Shown: positions 1 to 13,088, counted from the first letter of the whole stretch. The stretch is 63,542 nucleotides of DNA, filler included, from Octopus bimaculoides (GCF_001194135.2; 8 parts of 7 records of this genome joined end to end with filler, not necessarily neighbours in it), one strand, 5' to 3'. The notes: generated from the sequence alone by a model not told the origin. A program made the numbers and translations.

Positions 1-50
<50 letters not shown>

Positions 51-215
51 TTGTGTGTTTCTGCGTGTGTGTTTTCGTGAATGTATGTACTTATATATGT
101 TTGGGTGAATAGAAATATATCTATACCATACTTACAAATATAGATGAATCAGTATATTGCCATTTATAAATAATTATTTTAGCGGTAGTTCACTTTATCG
201 TTAAATTTATTCTTC

Positions 216-647
216 TCATATCGAATCTATAGCTAATAACAGTCTATTTTTTACTTCAAAATCTTCACACTGATCCATGATCCATTTGAGAATATGTTTT
301 ACTGATATTCTACGGTTAATATATTCCAGCACACTGCACATCCGATTTTCATCTCTCTCTGGATTGGATTGTGTTAAAAATGCAAAGTATGTAACTGGCA
401 ATGTAGGACATACTGAGCGCTCAGCAAACTCTAAACAGGAATCTAACAGCAAAAGTAATGTTAGAAACAAGAGCGATCGGAAACCTAATCGTACTAAAGC
501 AACAAGCAAAGCGAAATAAACGAGATAGACGAAGATCACCGAAGCTGTTTCAATTGCAGTCAAACCTTTAAATGGAAGATAATATGAAGGACTTTCCACT
601 AAGTATTCAATAAATATTGCGGAGCCTCCTCTTATGAGGGCATCCAT
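216..647 (-). CDS. Candidate coding segment or terminal exon of an unknown membrane protein
   Basis: 143-aa non-repetitive ORF whose frame stays open upstream to about 715. It has a long hydrophobic stretch (VIFVYLVYFALLVALVRLGFRSLLFLTLLLLL) and a polar C-terminal tail. No family recognised. Confidence 0.3.
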   Translation of the reverse strand: MDALIRGGSAIFIEYLVESPSYYLPFKGLTAIETASVIFVYLVYFALLVALVRLGFRSLLFLTLLLLLDSCLEFAERSVCPTLPVTYFAFLTQSNPERDENRMCSVLEYINRRISVKHILKWIMDQCEDFEVKNRLLLAIDSI

Positions 648-1545
648 TTTGACGCTTGTGTGTGATTCCTTTGTAATGTTTTCAGAAAAACCGAGGGTTG
701 ATGGAATATTTCTTCATAAAAGTCGAAACCCTTCACTTGAAAGGGAACCATTTAAAAAGAAGTCCTCNNNNNNNNNNNNNNNNNNNNNNNNNNNNNNNNN
801 NNNNNNNNNNNNNNNNNNNNNNNNNNNNNNNNNNNNNNNNNNNNNNNNNNNNNNNNNNNNNNNNNNNNNNNNNNNNNNNNNNNNNNNNNNNNNNNNNNNN
901 NNNNNNNNNNNNNNNNNNNNNNNNNNNNNNNNNNNNNNNNNNNNNNNNNNNNNNNNNNNNNNNNNNNNNNNNNNNNNNNNNNNNNNNNNNNNNNNNNNNN
1001 NNNNNNNNNNNNNNNNNNNNNNNNNNNNNNNNNNNNNNNNNNNNNNNNNNNNNNNNNNNNNNNNNNNNNNNNNNNNNNNNNNNNNNNNNNNNNNNNNNNN
1101 NNNNNNNNNNNNNNNNNNNNNNNNNNNNNNNNNNNNNNNNNNNNNNNNNNNNNNNNNNNNNNNNNNNNNNNNNNNNNNNNNNNNNNNNNNNNNNNNNNNN
1201 NNNNNNNNNNNNNNNNNNNNNNNNNNNNNNNNNNNNNNNNNNNNNNNNNNNNNNNNNNNNNNNNNNNNNNNNNNNNNNNNNNNNNNNNNNNNNNNNNNNN
1301 NNNNNNNNNNNNTATATATATATATATAAAGAACATGTCTACTTTTTGCGTTCGAATTTCGTGAAAGAGGGAATTTGAACTTCATCCACCTAGGTTATTG
1401 CTAATATAGATACGTCGAAGGGTGGTGAGCTGGCAGAATCGTTAGCACGTCGGGCAAAATGCTTACGTTCTGAGTTCAAATTACGTTACGTTCTGAGTTC
1501 AAATTCCGCGTACACTCGATTTAGCCATCTCGTAAAAATGTGAGG

Positions 1546-1770
1546 CGTACTTTCAATATGCTCCCCTCGTATAAGTATTTCGTACTCTCAATATAGACCT
1601 CTATTGTAAATGTATGACGTACTCTCAACACAGTCTTCTCATGTAAATACGAATGTGCTGTCAATATAGTCCACTCGTATAAATGATGTACTCCTTTCAC
1701 GCATAAATGTGTGACGTCCTCTCTACATAGTTCACTCATATAAATGTTTGACATACTATCAAAATAGTAC
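1546..1770 (+). repeat. Degenerate ~36-bp minisatellite, about 7 units
   Basis: Consensus about CGTACTCTCAATATAGTCCACTCGTATAAATGTGTGA. Confidence 0.8.
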
Positions 1771-2771
1771 GAGAACGGCTGGAATCTCTTTGATTATAGA
1801 GGTATATGATCAGAGCTGAATGGCAGTTAAAGTACGGTATTATGAAAAAAAAAACAAAAAAACATACAGCAATAACCTCTCTATTTTTCTAGTACGCTTT
1901 TAAGGCAATTTTGTTAATAACGTTACAACTTTTAATTGATTAAACTATAACCGTTTTCATCTTGTTTGGTAGCTGAGGAAGAATTTATTTCAGCGCTTGC
2001 AAAGACAAGCTTACGCTTTCAACATTCTCGTAAAATAACACAAAATTGAACAACACAAGAATAATTAATCAACACAAAATATCACAAAACCACATTTCAA
2101 AATCAACAACAACAACATTCCCGATGAAAAACATTTTTTTTTTGTGTCGTCTGTGAACAATAAATCAAAGAATAACGCTAACTTTCATTTACAATTCTGC
2201 TGCTTGCCAAGGGATTGGCACAGATTTCAGCCTTATCAGAAGTACTGTGTAGTTGAACCATTCTGTCCTCGTATTGGTGGTAACATTATATTCGTAATAT
2301 ATCTGTTTTATATGTATTTCATTCGACTAATATTGACAATATCCTTGAGATAACAAAACTATTTGATCAGCACAAAAATAATTCTATAACATCAAAAACC
2401 CACATTCCAGAATAACAATATACACAATGAAAAACTTGTTAATCACCGAAAGTGAAAGTAGCTACAATTTGACAAAGCGAAGCTGATAAAATATTACTGA
2501 AAATTGTCGTCTTTCAATTCAGAACTCTCTGATACTTCTCCCTTTTATCCTATTCCTGTTTTCTCTAACTACCCACCCTCTTCTAAACACGTTACTACGT
2601 TCCTGCAAATCCATTCGATGTTTTTATGTGACTCTTTGCCTATTGCTATTCTTTTTTATATCTCTCTTTTCTCCATTATTCTTTTTATCGTTTTCTTGCT
2701 TCTGTTTCAGTTTTCGTTTTCTTCGCTCAGTCTTATTGGTCTACGGAACTGTTCTCTGAACGTCTGTCAAT

Positions 2772-2835
<64 letters not shown>

Positions 2836-4219
2836 NNNNNNNNNNNNNNNNNNNNNNNNNNNNNNNNNNNNNNNNNNNNNNNNNNNNNNNNNNNNNNNNN
2901 NNNNNNNNNNNNNNNNNNNNNNNNNNNNNNNNNNNNNNNNNNNNNNNNNNNNNNNNNNNNNNNNNNNNNNNNNNNNNNNNNNNNNNNNNNNNNNNNNNNN
3001 NNNNNNNNNNNNNNNNNNNNNNNNNNNNNNNNNNNNNNNNNNNNNNNNNNNNNNNNNNNNNNNNNNNNNNNNNNNNNNNNNNNNNNNNNNNNNNNNNNNN
3101 NNNNNNNNNNNNNNNNNNNNNNNNNNNNNNNNNNNNNNNNNNNNNNNNNNNNNNNNNNNNNNNNNNNNNNNNNNNACTCCCATCTCTTTTTGAGAGACTC
3201 ATCATGAATATTTTATTTACAGAAGACGCATGCCTTTTATATATATGTGAATTAGTTGAAAAATTCCTAGTTCAACTTCAAATTTGTTCAACACACACAC
3301 ACACACACACACATATGTATGTATGTATGTATGTATGTATATATGTATATACAGTGCGCTTCTACATAGGGCCAATGTACCAAACCCATTCGCAAGGTAT
3401 TAGCCGGTCCGGGGCTATGGTAGAAGACACCGACCTAAGATGTTGCCGCGCGGTGGGCTCGAATTCGGAAGCCTGTGGTTGCAAAGCGCACTTCTTAACC
3501 ACACAGACATGCTTTCGCTGAAATAAACGTAGATATAATTTACATAATTACAATCTATACCTAATTACTGAGAGTATGTAGGAGTGTATGTGGTCAGTGA
3601 ATAGAAGCAGCCATTGTTTATGCAGACATTAGCTTCTTTCTAATAAAATAGATGCTGAGACAATGAAAAATCAAATAATAGAAACACCGTGGGTTAGTTC
3701 AAATTCATTTTAACCAATAGCAATCGTCCACGTCATTATCATGCTGGGAAAAACCATGTAACTATGTTTTGTCTTCTTTGCGTTGCATGTACGTGGTTTT
3801 ATCGATTCATGAATATTGACTTGTACCCACGCAAATGTTCAATAAAATGGACAGTAAAATATCATAAAATATATAAGACAACAAAGCGTATACCATAAAA
3901 CGAAATGTGTAAAGAATTAACTTAACTTTGGATAGACAAACAGCAGTTGAATGGCTGGATAAAACTGATGTTTTCTTTTTATATCAGAAGTGGTTAATGA
4001 TATTAGTTCAATAGCGAAGCTTTATAAAGCTATACAATTAATGTATTCACAACGAGGTATGCAACTGCGTGTGCGTGTGTATATGTGCATGTGTATATAT
4101 GTATTGTATATATAAATATATATATATATATGTATGTATTATATTGTATTATATATATATACATATATATATGTATGTATATATGCATTATGTATGTGTG
4201 TGTGTGTATATATATATAT

Positions 4220-4306
<87 letters not shown>

Positions 4307-5242
4307 CATATGGTTTAAATATCTCCACATACAATGATTGGCTATACAGCAATGTATACACATATGGATATACACACAAATTTGTACATACGTTTATCCC
4401 CAAGAATATAAACATATATGTACACACACACACACACACACACACACAGCGAAGCATATACACGTACACATATGCGGAACCTTAGAGTAACGAAGACGGC
4501 TGATATAGCAGAATACTTCTGGGTTTCTTTCGTTTTATATTTCTTCTTCAGGACCCACTCGTGGCTTTATCGAATTAGTTTTCAGCAAGAAACAGCTGCA
4601 CAATCTTCTTAGTTGAATGTTTCGCTCCAATGTCGGTGGGAAACGACAATCACCGAATGGCCGCCTGTGTGCAGGATCAACACTGAAGACTTACAGTAAC
4701 AGTCCTTACCTATGCCCGTCGCTTTTTTCCACTATCGTCACTGAACGTATGAAGAATGTGTGATGGTTGTTAGTGATTATGTCTTGGATTGCTGAAACCG
4801 TTGCACGATGAATATTATCATAGTGTGCTTGGTTTGTGTAAATCCTGTCCCACTCTCTGAGCCTCAAACCTTTTATTGGTCTGGTGCTAAATGATACGAG
4901 CGCCACGAAACAGATGTGTGTAGAGTTACCTTCTCTTAGATAAGCAGCTAAAGAGCTGAAGCTCCTTATTTGTGTGACGTACTTTCAGAGGCAATTCTGT
5001 GGCGCAGGCCCAAATATTCTATCTTGTGTTATGTTCAGAACAGCCGTACCCGATCCTACAATGTTATTCTAAGAATAAACAATCACATCTCCAAAATCTA
5101 GAAGCTACGAGATACTGCATGATTTATTCCGAACGATGTGGATAAATAAGTATTACAATGGGGGTAGTTTTGGTGAATCATTGTGTGGAATAACTTTTAA
5201 GAATGTAGTTGTGTAAAGGCGGAACAATGCGTCAGGGTACAA

Positions 5243-5582
5243 ACTGGCATTCCAACAATTGCGACGCCGAGGGTTCCAGTTGATCCGATCAACGGAACTG
5301 CTTGCTCGTGAAATTAACGTGCAAGTGGTTGAGCACACCGCAGACACGTGTACCCTTAACGTAGTTTTCGGGGACATTCAGCGCGACACAGAGTGAGATA
5401 AGGATGGCCTTTTGAAATACAGGTACAACAGAAACAGGAAGATAGAGTGAGAGAAAGTTGTGATGAAAGAGTACAGCAGGGTTCGCCACCACCTCCTTCC
5501 AGAACCTGGTGGAGCTTTAGGTGTTTTCGCTCAATAAACACTCACAATGCCCGGTCTGGGAATCGAAACTGCGATCCTACGC
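5243..5582 (-). mobile_element. 5'-truncated SINE family A
   Basis: The reverse complement matches the family A body, including CAGACACGTGTACCCTTAACGTAG and the B-box region. Confidence 0.85.
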
Positions 5583-6768
5583 CAGTGAGGGCCACAGTCA
5601 AATGACTGAAACAAGTAAAAGAAAGCAAAAAGAGAGTAATTTAACCAGTTAACTAATCGACTGCCAATTGTTCGATTATTAGTTCGGTTAATCAATCAAT
5701 CAATCAATCAATCGATCGATCGATCAATCAATCAGCTAGACGTGAAAAGGAGCTGGAATAGAGAGGAAATGTCACCGATGAAGAAATCGTGAATGATGAG
5801 GGGAGAACTAGCTCAGTTAACTTTGCAAGTTAACTGATTGGTTGGACAATCAGTTAATTGTTACATGGTTGATTGATTGACTAATAATAGTGAAAAACAA
5901 AAGAAGAGAAATGGTACACATGTTTATTATTTATATAATGGTTCTCTCGAAATATAAGAAAATGCGTTTTAAATAACGAGCTTGATATGAACTCGTTTGT
6001 TGAAACTCATTTTCCTGTATTTCGAGAGGGTCACTATCTCACTAAGGAACACACGCCCTGGTTTTATTTCACTTCTTTAAAATTGTTTGTAGTTTTTAGT
6101 TGTCTTTCAATACTCGTTCTAATCAATTATGGTAATAGGAAAAAAAAAAAAACGCTAATTTTCATTAAGAGTTCCGCTGCTCGTTCAGCTTAAATCAAAC
6201 TTTAGCCTTATGAAAGGTAATTTATAATAGCATCCATCTTTTCACACAATGGTGGTAACATTATACGCATAATATATCTATTATGTATACTTTATTTCCT
6301 TTGTATTGACGACATCGAGAAAACTACAGTATAGAGTTTCAATTCTTTTGTCTACAACCTCGACTGCTTGCGTTCGTGTAGGAAAGCAGTAAACACTTTT
6401 GTCAGTTACGGTATATAAGACACGAATGTCCTATCACAAATTGAACTTACAAGGACTTCAAAAATGTTTCTATGACAAACTGGTTGGTTCTGTTATCTTT
6501 ACATCATAGTCTCAAAAGATTCTTTCATAATATTTTCTTAAGTGCTTTTACGCCTTTTATAGTAGACAAATATAATCCATAAATAAGATTGAAGATTAAA
6601 AATCCTATTAATGATAAATGTTTCTTTATCTTGGTTTTGGTCCCAGACGCAAATTTTGCCACATAGTACAAACACAGTTGTATCACCAGGGAATTTTTGC
6701 AAGTTTATCTATTGTAAATAAGATAGCGATCGCCATATTAGGCAGCTTTATGGAATACAGCAGTACCA

Positions 6769-6840
<72 letters not shown>

Positions 6841-7134
6841 GTGATGATGATGATGATAATGATGATGAAAATGAAGATGATGATGATGATGATGATTCAT
6901 CTCTGTTCTAAGTATACAACGCCAAATATTTTGTGGGCGGGGAAAAAAAAATTGTGGACTGGTTCGACAGATTAAAAAAAAAACCCCACAAAAAACCAAA
7001 ACAAAACAAAAAAAGATAAAAACTAACTCAAACAGGAATTTTAGAAAAACAGAATCCAACATTTTGTTATTGTCGAAGCTTAATGACCAACAGCAAAGAT
7101 CATTAATGGTGTCCCAAGTGTACTGGGTCATGTC

Positions 7135-7166
<32 letters not shown>

Positions 7167-7211
7167 CTTCTTCTTCTTCTTCTTCTTCTTCTTCTTCTTC
7201 TTCTTCTTCTT

Positions 7212-7242
<31 letters not shown>

Positions 7243-8305
7243 TTATTATTATTATTATTATTATNNNNNNNNNNNNNNNNNNNNNNNNNNNNNNNNNNNN
7301 NNNNNNNNNNNNNNNNNNNNNNNNNNNNNNNNNNNNNNNNNNNNNNNNNNNNNNNNNNNNNNNNNNNNNNNNNNNNNNNNNNNNNNNNNNNNNNNNNNNN
7401 NNNNNNNNNNNNNNNNNNNNNNNNNNNNNNNNNNNNNNNNNNNNNNNNNNNNNNNNNNNNNNNNNNNNNNNNNNNNNNNNNNNNNNNNNNNNNNNNNNNN
7501 NNNNNNNNNNNNNNNNNNNNNNNNNNNNNNNNNNNNNNNNNNNNNNNNNNNNNNNNNNNNNNNNNNNNNNNNNNNNNNNNNNNNNNNNNNNNNNNNNNNN
7601 NNNNNNNNNNNNNNNNNNNNNNNNNNNNNNNNNNNNNNNNNNNNNNNNNNNNNNNNNNNNNNNNNNNNNNNNNNNNNNNNNNNNNNNNNNNNNNNNNNNN
7701 NNNNNNNNNNNNNNNNNNNNNNNNNNNNNNNNNNNNNNNNNNNNNNNNNNNNNNNNNNNNNNNNNNNNNNNNNNNNNNNNNNNNNNNNNNNNNNNNNNNN
7801 NNNNNNNNNNNNNNNNNNNNNNNNNNNNNNNNNNNNNNNNNNNNNNNNNNNNNNNNNNNNNNNNNNNNNNNNNNNNNNNNNNNNNNNNNNNNNNNNNNNN
7901 NNNNNNNNNNNNNNNNNNNNNNNNNNNNNNNNNNNNNNNNNNNNNNNNNNNNNNNNNNNNNNNNNNNNNNNNNNNNNNNNNNNNNNNNNNNNNNNNNNNN
8001 NNNNNNNNNNNNNNNNNNNNNNNNNNNNNNNNNNNNNNNNNNNNNNNNNNNNNNNNNNNNNNNNNNNNNNNNNNNNNNNNNNNNNNNNNNNNNNNNNNNN
8101 NNNNNNNNNNNNNNNNNNNNNNNNNNNNNNNNNNNNNNNNNNNNNNNNNNNNNNNNNNNNNNNNNNNNNNAAAATTGCTAACAATCCAGCCTTATTGTTT
8201 ATGATCTACACCTTTACTATTTATGAAACCAGCCTATGATTTCAACGGTGATCTATCTTATAAGGTGACAAGGCGAGTTGAGTTTAACCCAAGATGCCGG
8301 TAACA

Positions 8306-8352
8306 GCCACTGACGAGCATTAATGTAAAAGCGAAATCACTGGTGATCTGGC
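8306..8352 (+). ncRNA. Type I hammerhead ribozyme motif
   Basis: gcca-CTGACGA-gc(attaatgtaaaa)gc-GAAA-tcac(tg)gtga-TC-tggc. Stem I GCCA/TGGC, intact core, stem II closed by G-C and C-G pairs, stem III of 4-5 bp, AUC cleavage triplet (cut after 8348). Confidence 0.65.
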
Positions 8353-10401
8353 CATGCTCGGTGCTTAGAGAGCTTGCCTCCCTTGTCAGTCAATAAAATG
8401 GTGTCTATTGTGGCTATGAGTTGCTTTAACTGTTGTTTCTTGCAATACTAGTGCTTTATAGCGCCCTCGGTTGTTTTAGGGACGTGTACATTTTTGTTTT
8501 TCGGTTGAAAAATTTCTAACAGGTCACCCTTATTATATACATATGTATATGTGTGTATGTGTGTATGAGTGTTTCGTCACATGCATAGGAATTTTTAAGT
8601 TCGTTTGATAATCTTTAGAAGTTGCTGTGAATGAATTAATTTTATGTTGATTTCAGCGAAATCTTGACACTGTCTTGAATTTGAGACAGAGAGACAAAGA
8701 GCTGTAGTTGTATATAAAACAAGGTAGTTCATAAAGCTATCCGCGGTATTTTGAATCGCAATATTTACTACAACAATTGCAAGAACAAAATGGCAGATGA
8801 GAAATTTAAACACGAAAAGGAAGTACAGAAACCTATATTACTCATTGTGTAGGAGGCGAAGAGTTAAACTAGCCAAACCTCGCCTATTGCATATTAAATA
8901 TCATAAAATTAGCAACATCTGAGAGTAAAATAGGAAAATTTTCACTGCTAAAAATATTTCTTTTTTTTGCATCTTAACAATGTATAATTAAAACTATCAT
9001 CAAATTGCTGTTAGAAAACAGTCGAATGATAACAGAATAAGCTGTGTTATATGTTTTGCGTGGCCGTGTGGTAAGATGCTTGCTTCCCAACTAAATGGTT
9101 TCGAGTTCAGTCCCACTGCGTGGCACCTTGAGATAGTCTAATGACTGAAACAACTAAAAGATGCACGCACGCATACACACACGCACGCACACGCACGCAC
9201 ATACACACACACATACACACACACATTAAGACAAGCAAACACGCATAGAGCAGAAAAGAGAAGTGGTGTGAGAGAGTACATTTTATTCCATACGTTTACA
9301 AGTGTTTCATAATCTTATTAATTATATACTACATGTTACATCAATATTAACACATATAGGGTATACAAATATATACAAATATATACAAATAAATATATTT
9401 GAGTACCCTTAGATCGAAGGGCACAGATATGGAAGCCAAATATGAGAAGTAACCGACTAATCTTCAGAGCGACACATGGTCCCCCACCACGGCTTGACAA
9501 CCGGCGTTGGTATGTTGATGTCCCCGTAATCTAGCGGTTGAGCAAAAGAGAGTAATAATCCTTTCTACTATAGGCACAAGGCCTGAAATTTACTGGTACT
9601 TAATTTATCGACCCTGAATGGATGAAAGGCAAAGTCGACCTCGGCGGAATTTGAACTCAGAACGCAGCGGCAGACGAAACACCGCTAAGCATTTCGCCCG
9701 GCCTGCTAACGATTCTGCCAGCTTGGGTTTGAGTTGTTCAACTAAACCTTTTAAAGCTGCGTTCCGATATGGCCGCAGTTCAATGACTGAAAGGGAGTAA
9801 ACAATAAGATATGGGACGGCTCATTACCTGATTTCAAATTTTAGCACAAGGCCAGCAATTTCAGGGACGGGTTAAGTCGATCACATCGACTCCAGTGCTT
9901 AACTGATAATTCTTTGGTCGACCGCAAAAGGACGAAAGAAGTCAAACTCGATAGAATTTGACCTCAGNNNNNNNNNNNNNNNNNNNNNNNNNNNNNNNNN
10001 NNNNNNNNNNNNNNNNNNNNNNNNNNNNNNNNNNNNNNNNNNNNNNNNNNNNNNNNNNNNNNNNNNNNNNNNNNNNNNNNNNNNNNNNNNNNNNNNNNNN
10101 NNNNNNNNNNNNNNNNNNNNNNNNNNNNNNNNNNNNNNNNNNNNNNNNNNNNNNNNNNNNNNNNNNNNNNNNNNNNNNNNNNNNNNNNNNNNNNNNNNNN
10201 NNNNNNNNNNNNNNNNNNNNNNNNNNNNNNNNNNNNNNNNNNNNNNNNNNNNNNNNNNNNNNNNNNNNNNNNNNNNNNNNNNNNNNNNNNNNNNNNNNNN
10301 NNNNNNNNNNNNNNNNNNNNNNNNNNNNNNNNNNNNNNNNNNNNNNNNNNNNNNATATATATATATATATATATATATAAATATATATGTATATATATAC
10401 A

Positions 10402-10820
10402 TACTCTTTTACTCTTTTACTCTTTTACTTGTTCCAGTCATTTGACTGTGGCCATCCTGGAGCACCGCCTTTAGTCGAGCAAATCGACCCCAGGACTTAT
10501 TCTTTGTAATCCTAGCACTTATATTCTATCGGTCACTTTTGCCGAACCGCTAAGTGACGGGGACGTAAAAACATCACCATCGGTTGTCAAGTGATGTTGA
10601 GGAGACAAAGACAGACACACAAACATACACACACACATAATTATATATACATATATATACGACAAGCTTCTTTCAGTTTCCGTCTACCAAATCCACTCAC
10701 AAGGCTTTGGTCGGCCCGAGGCTATAGTTGAAGACACTTGCCCAGTGCCACGCAGTGGAAATGAACCCGGAACCATGTGGTTGGTAAGCAAGCTACTTAC
10801 CACACAGCCACTCCTACGCC
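10402..10820 (-). mobile_element. Full-length tRNA-derived SINE, family C (internal microsatellite, AAAGAGTA tail repeats)
   Basis: Minus-strand head GGCGTAGGAGTGGCTGTGTGGTAAG...CCGGGTTCATTTCCACTGCGTGGC, a central (TA/CA) tract, and a 3' part ...GACTGGAACAAGTAAAAGAGTA. Near-identical copies occur elsewhere in the window. Confidence 0.88.
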
Positions 10821-11074
10821 TATATATATAGATATAAATACCTATCCATATTTAGACTTTTTCGTTAAGTAACAATAAATAAAAACAAAAAAAAAACAAA
10901 AAAACAAATAAGAAAACAAAAAAATCATAATTTTTAGGAAACCTATATTTCTAACTTCACCTCCACCATATATTTTAAATTTGTCTTAATCGTTTTATTT
11001 CTATTCAACTCGTCTTTTATCTAATTCATCGAATTGCTTTTATATAAACCAAATGTGATCCATACGAGATATTA

Positions 11075-11147
11075 ATATTCCTGATGAAGGAAATAGCGAT
11101 ACTGGAATGACTTTTAAGTCTATGTTAGTGAAACGGCCGTAGGATGT
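11075..11147 (+). ncRNA. Minimal type I hammerhead-like motif, Penelope-terminal-repeat style
   Basis: atattc-CTGATGA-(42-nt stem II region)-GAAAC-GGCC-GTA-ggatgt. Stem I has 6 bp with 2 G-U pairs, stem III is the palindrome ACGGCCGT, and the triplet is GUA. Confidence 0.5.
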
Positions 11148-12716
11148 ATACATTACTTTTCACATTTACCTTATATGTGCTCTTGTTAGCTTTAATATTA
11201 GCGCCTCTGACGCGACGAACTGATCCTGTATGTACAAATTTATATGATTTAAATATCGCTGCATATGTATTGTTTCAATGCGTATATTCGCCTCTCATAT
11301 CGAAATATTTATTTTGCATATATTATATATTTTTATGAAGCATTTAATGGATTAAAATTTTACTTTTCATATATGGACTGATAATCCAAAATGTTGTCTC
11401 AGATACAAAATTTTCCGTAATATTCCATTAGCCCAATTAACTTTATAGTTAAATAGTTGTACTATATAAAGAGTATATTTCCCCCTATTCATTATATATA
11501 TATATATATATANNNNNNNNNNNNNNNNNNNNNNNNNNNNNNNNNNNNNNNNNNNNNNNNNNNNNNNNNNNNNNNNNNNNNNNNNNNNNNNNNNNNNNNN
11601 NNNNNNNNNNNNNNNNNNNNNNNNNNNNNNNNNNNNNNNNNNNNNNNNNNNNNNNNNNNNNNNNNNNNNNNNNNNNNNNNNNNNNNNNNNNNNNNNNNNN
11701 NNNNNNNNNNNNNNNNNNNNNNNNNNNNNNNNNNNNNNNNNNNNNNNNNNNNNNNNNNNNNNNNNNNNNNNNNNNNNNNNNNNNNNNNNNNNNNNNNNNN
11801 NNNNNNNNNNNNNNNNNNNNNNNNNNNNNNNNNNNNNNNNNNNNNNNNNNNNNNNNNNNNNNNNNNNNNNNNNNNNNNNNNNNNNNNNNNNNNNNNNNNN
11901 NNNNNNNNNNNNNNNNNNNNNNNNNNNNNNNNNNNNNNNNNNNNNNNNNNNNNNNNNNNNNNNNNNNNNNNNNNNNNNNNNNNNNNNNNNNNNNNNNNNN
12001 NNNNNNNNNNNNNNNNNNNNNNNNNNNNNNNNNNNNNNNNNNNNNNNNNNNNNNNNNNNNNNNNNNNNNNNNNNNNNNNNNNNNNNNNNNNNNNNNNNNN
12101 NNNNNNNNNNNNNNNNNNNNNNNNNNNNNNNNNNNNNNNNNNNNNNNNNNNNNNNNNNNNNNNNNNNNNNNNNNNNNNNNNNNNNNNNNNNNNNNNNTAT
12201 AGACACACACGTATATACATACATACATATCCTTATATCTATACATACACAAACACACACACACACATATATACGATAGACTGTTTCATTTTTTTTCTCG
12301 TCTTCGAAATTCACTCGCAAAGATTTTGTCAACTCGAGGTTACAATAGAAAGCACTTGTCCAAGGTGCCGCTCAGTGGAAGCGAATCCAAGACCACATAG
12401 TCGGGAAGCAAGATTCTTAACCCACACAGTTAGTCGGCAACCTACGTGAGGCTAGACTGAATTTCACTCCTTCAAGATTTTTATCAATATTACTGATTAC
12501 ATATCAAGATCGATGAGAAATCAATGCGATCCAGGGTAACAGATGGAAATTTGCGTAGGCAAAAATTGTATTATTAGTAAAATTGAACGTAGGCGCATGC
12601 ATGATTGTGCTAAGAAGCTTGCGGCTCTTTGAACAAGTGTTTTCAACTATTGCCTTAGGCCGACCAAAGCCTTGTGACTGTATTTGGTTGACGGAAACTG
12701 AAAAAAGCTCGTCGTA

Positions 12717-12765
<49 letters not shown>

Positions 12766-12850
12766 CTCTCACACACACACACAAAAACACACATACACAC
12801 TAACAGATAAACAACCAAACAACGCACACACACACACACACACACACACA

Positions 12851-12950
12851 NNNNNNNNNNNNNNNNNNNNNNNNNNNNNNNNNNNNNNNNNNNNTTAATT
12901 AATTAANNNNNNNNNNNNNNNNNNNNNNNNNNNNNNNNNNNNNNNNNNNN
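12851..12950. other. 100-bp assembly gap placeholder (44 N + TTAATTAATTAA + 44 N)
   Basis: The same pad sits at 12895, 29663, 45939, 47212, 49434, 52938 and 61311. It places stop codons in all six frames. Confidence 0.95.
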
Positions 12951-12972
12951 TCTATCTATCTATCTGTATGCA

Positions 12973-13041
<69 letters not shown>

Positions 13042-13048
13042 GTATGCA

Positions 13049-13088
<40 letters not shown>

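Noticed and set aside
634-1385. Long ORFs in the track that span N runs (also at 7064, 11367, 19690, 33782, 37197, 39398, 47877, 53535 and 55481)
   Set aside because: They are open only because N codons translate as X. They provide no coding evidence.
12895-12906. TTAATTAATTAA recurring seven times, each isolated between N runs
   Set aside because: Always centred in an exact 44N+12+44N block. It is an assembly gap pad with stops in six frames, not biological sequence.
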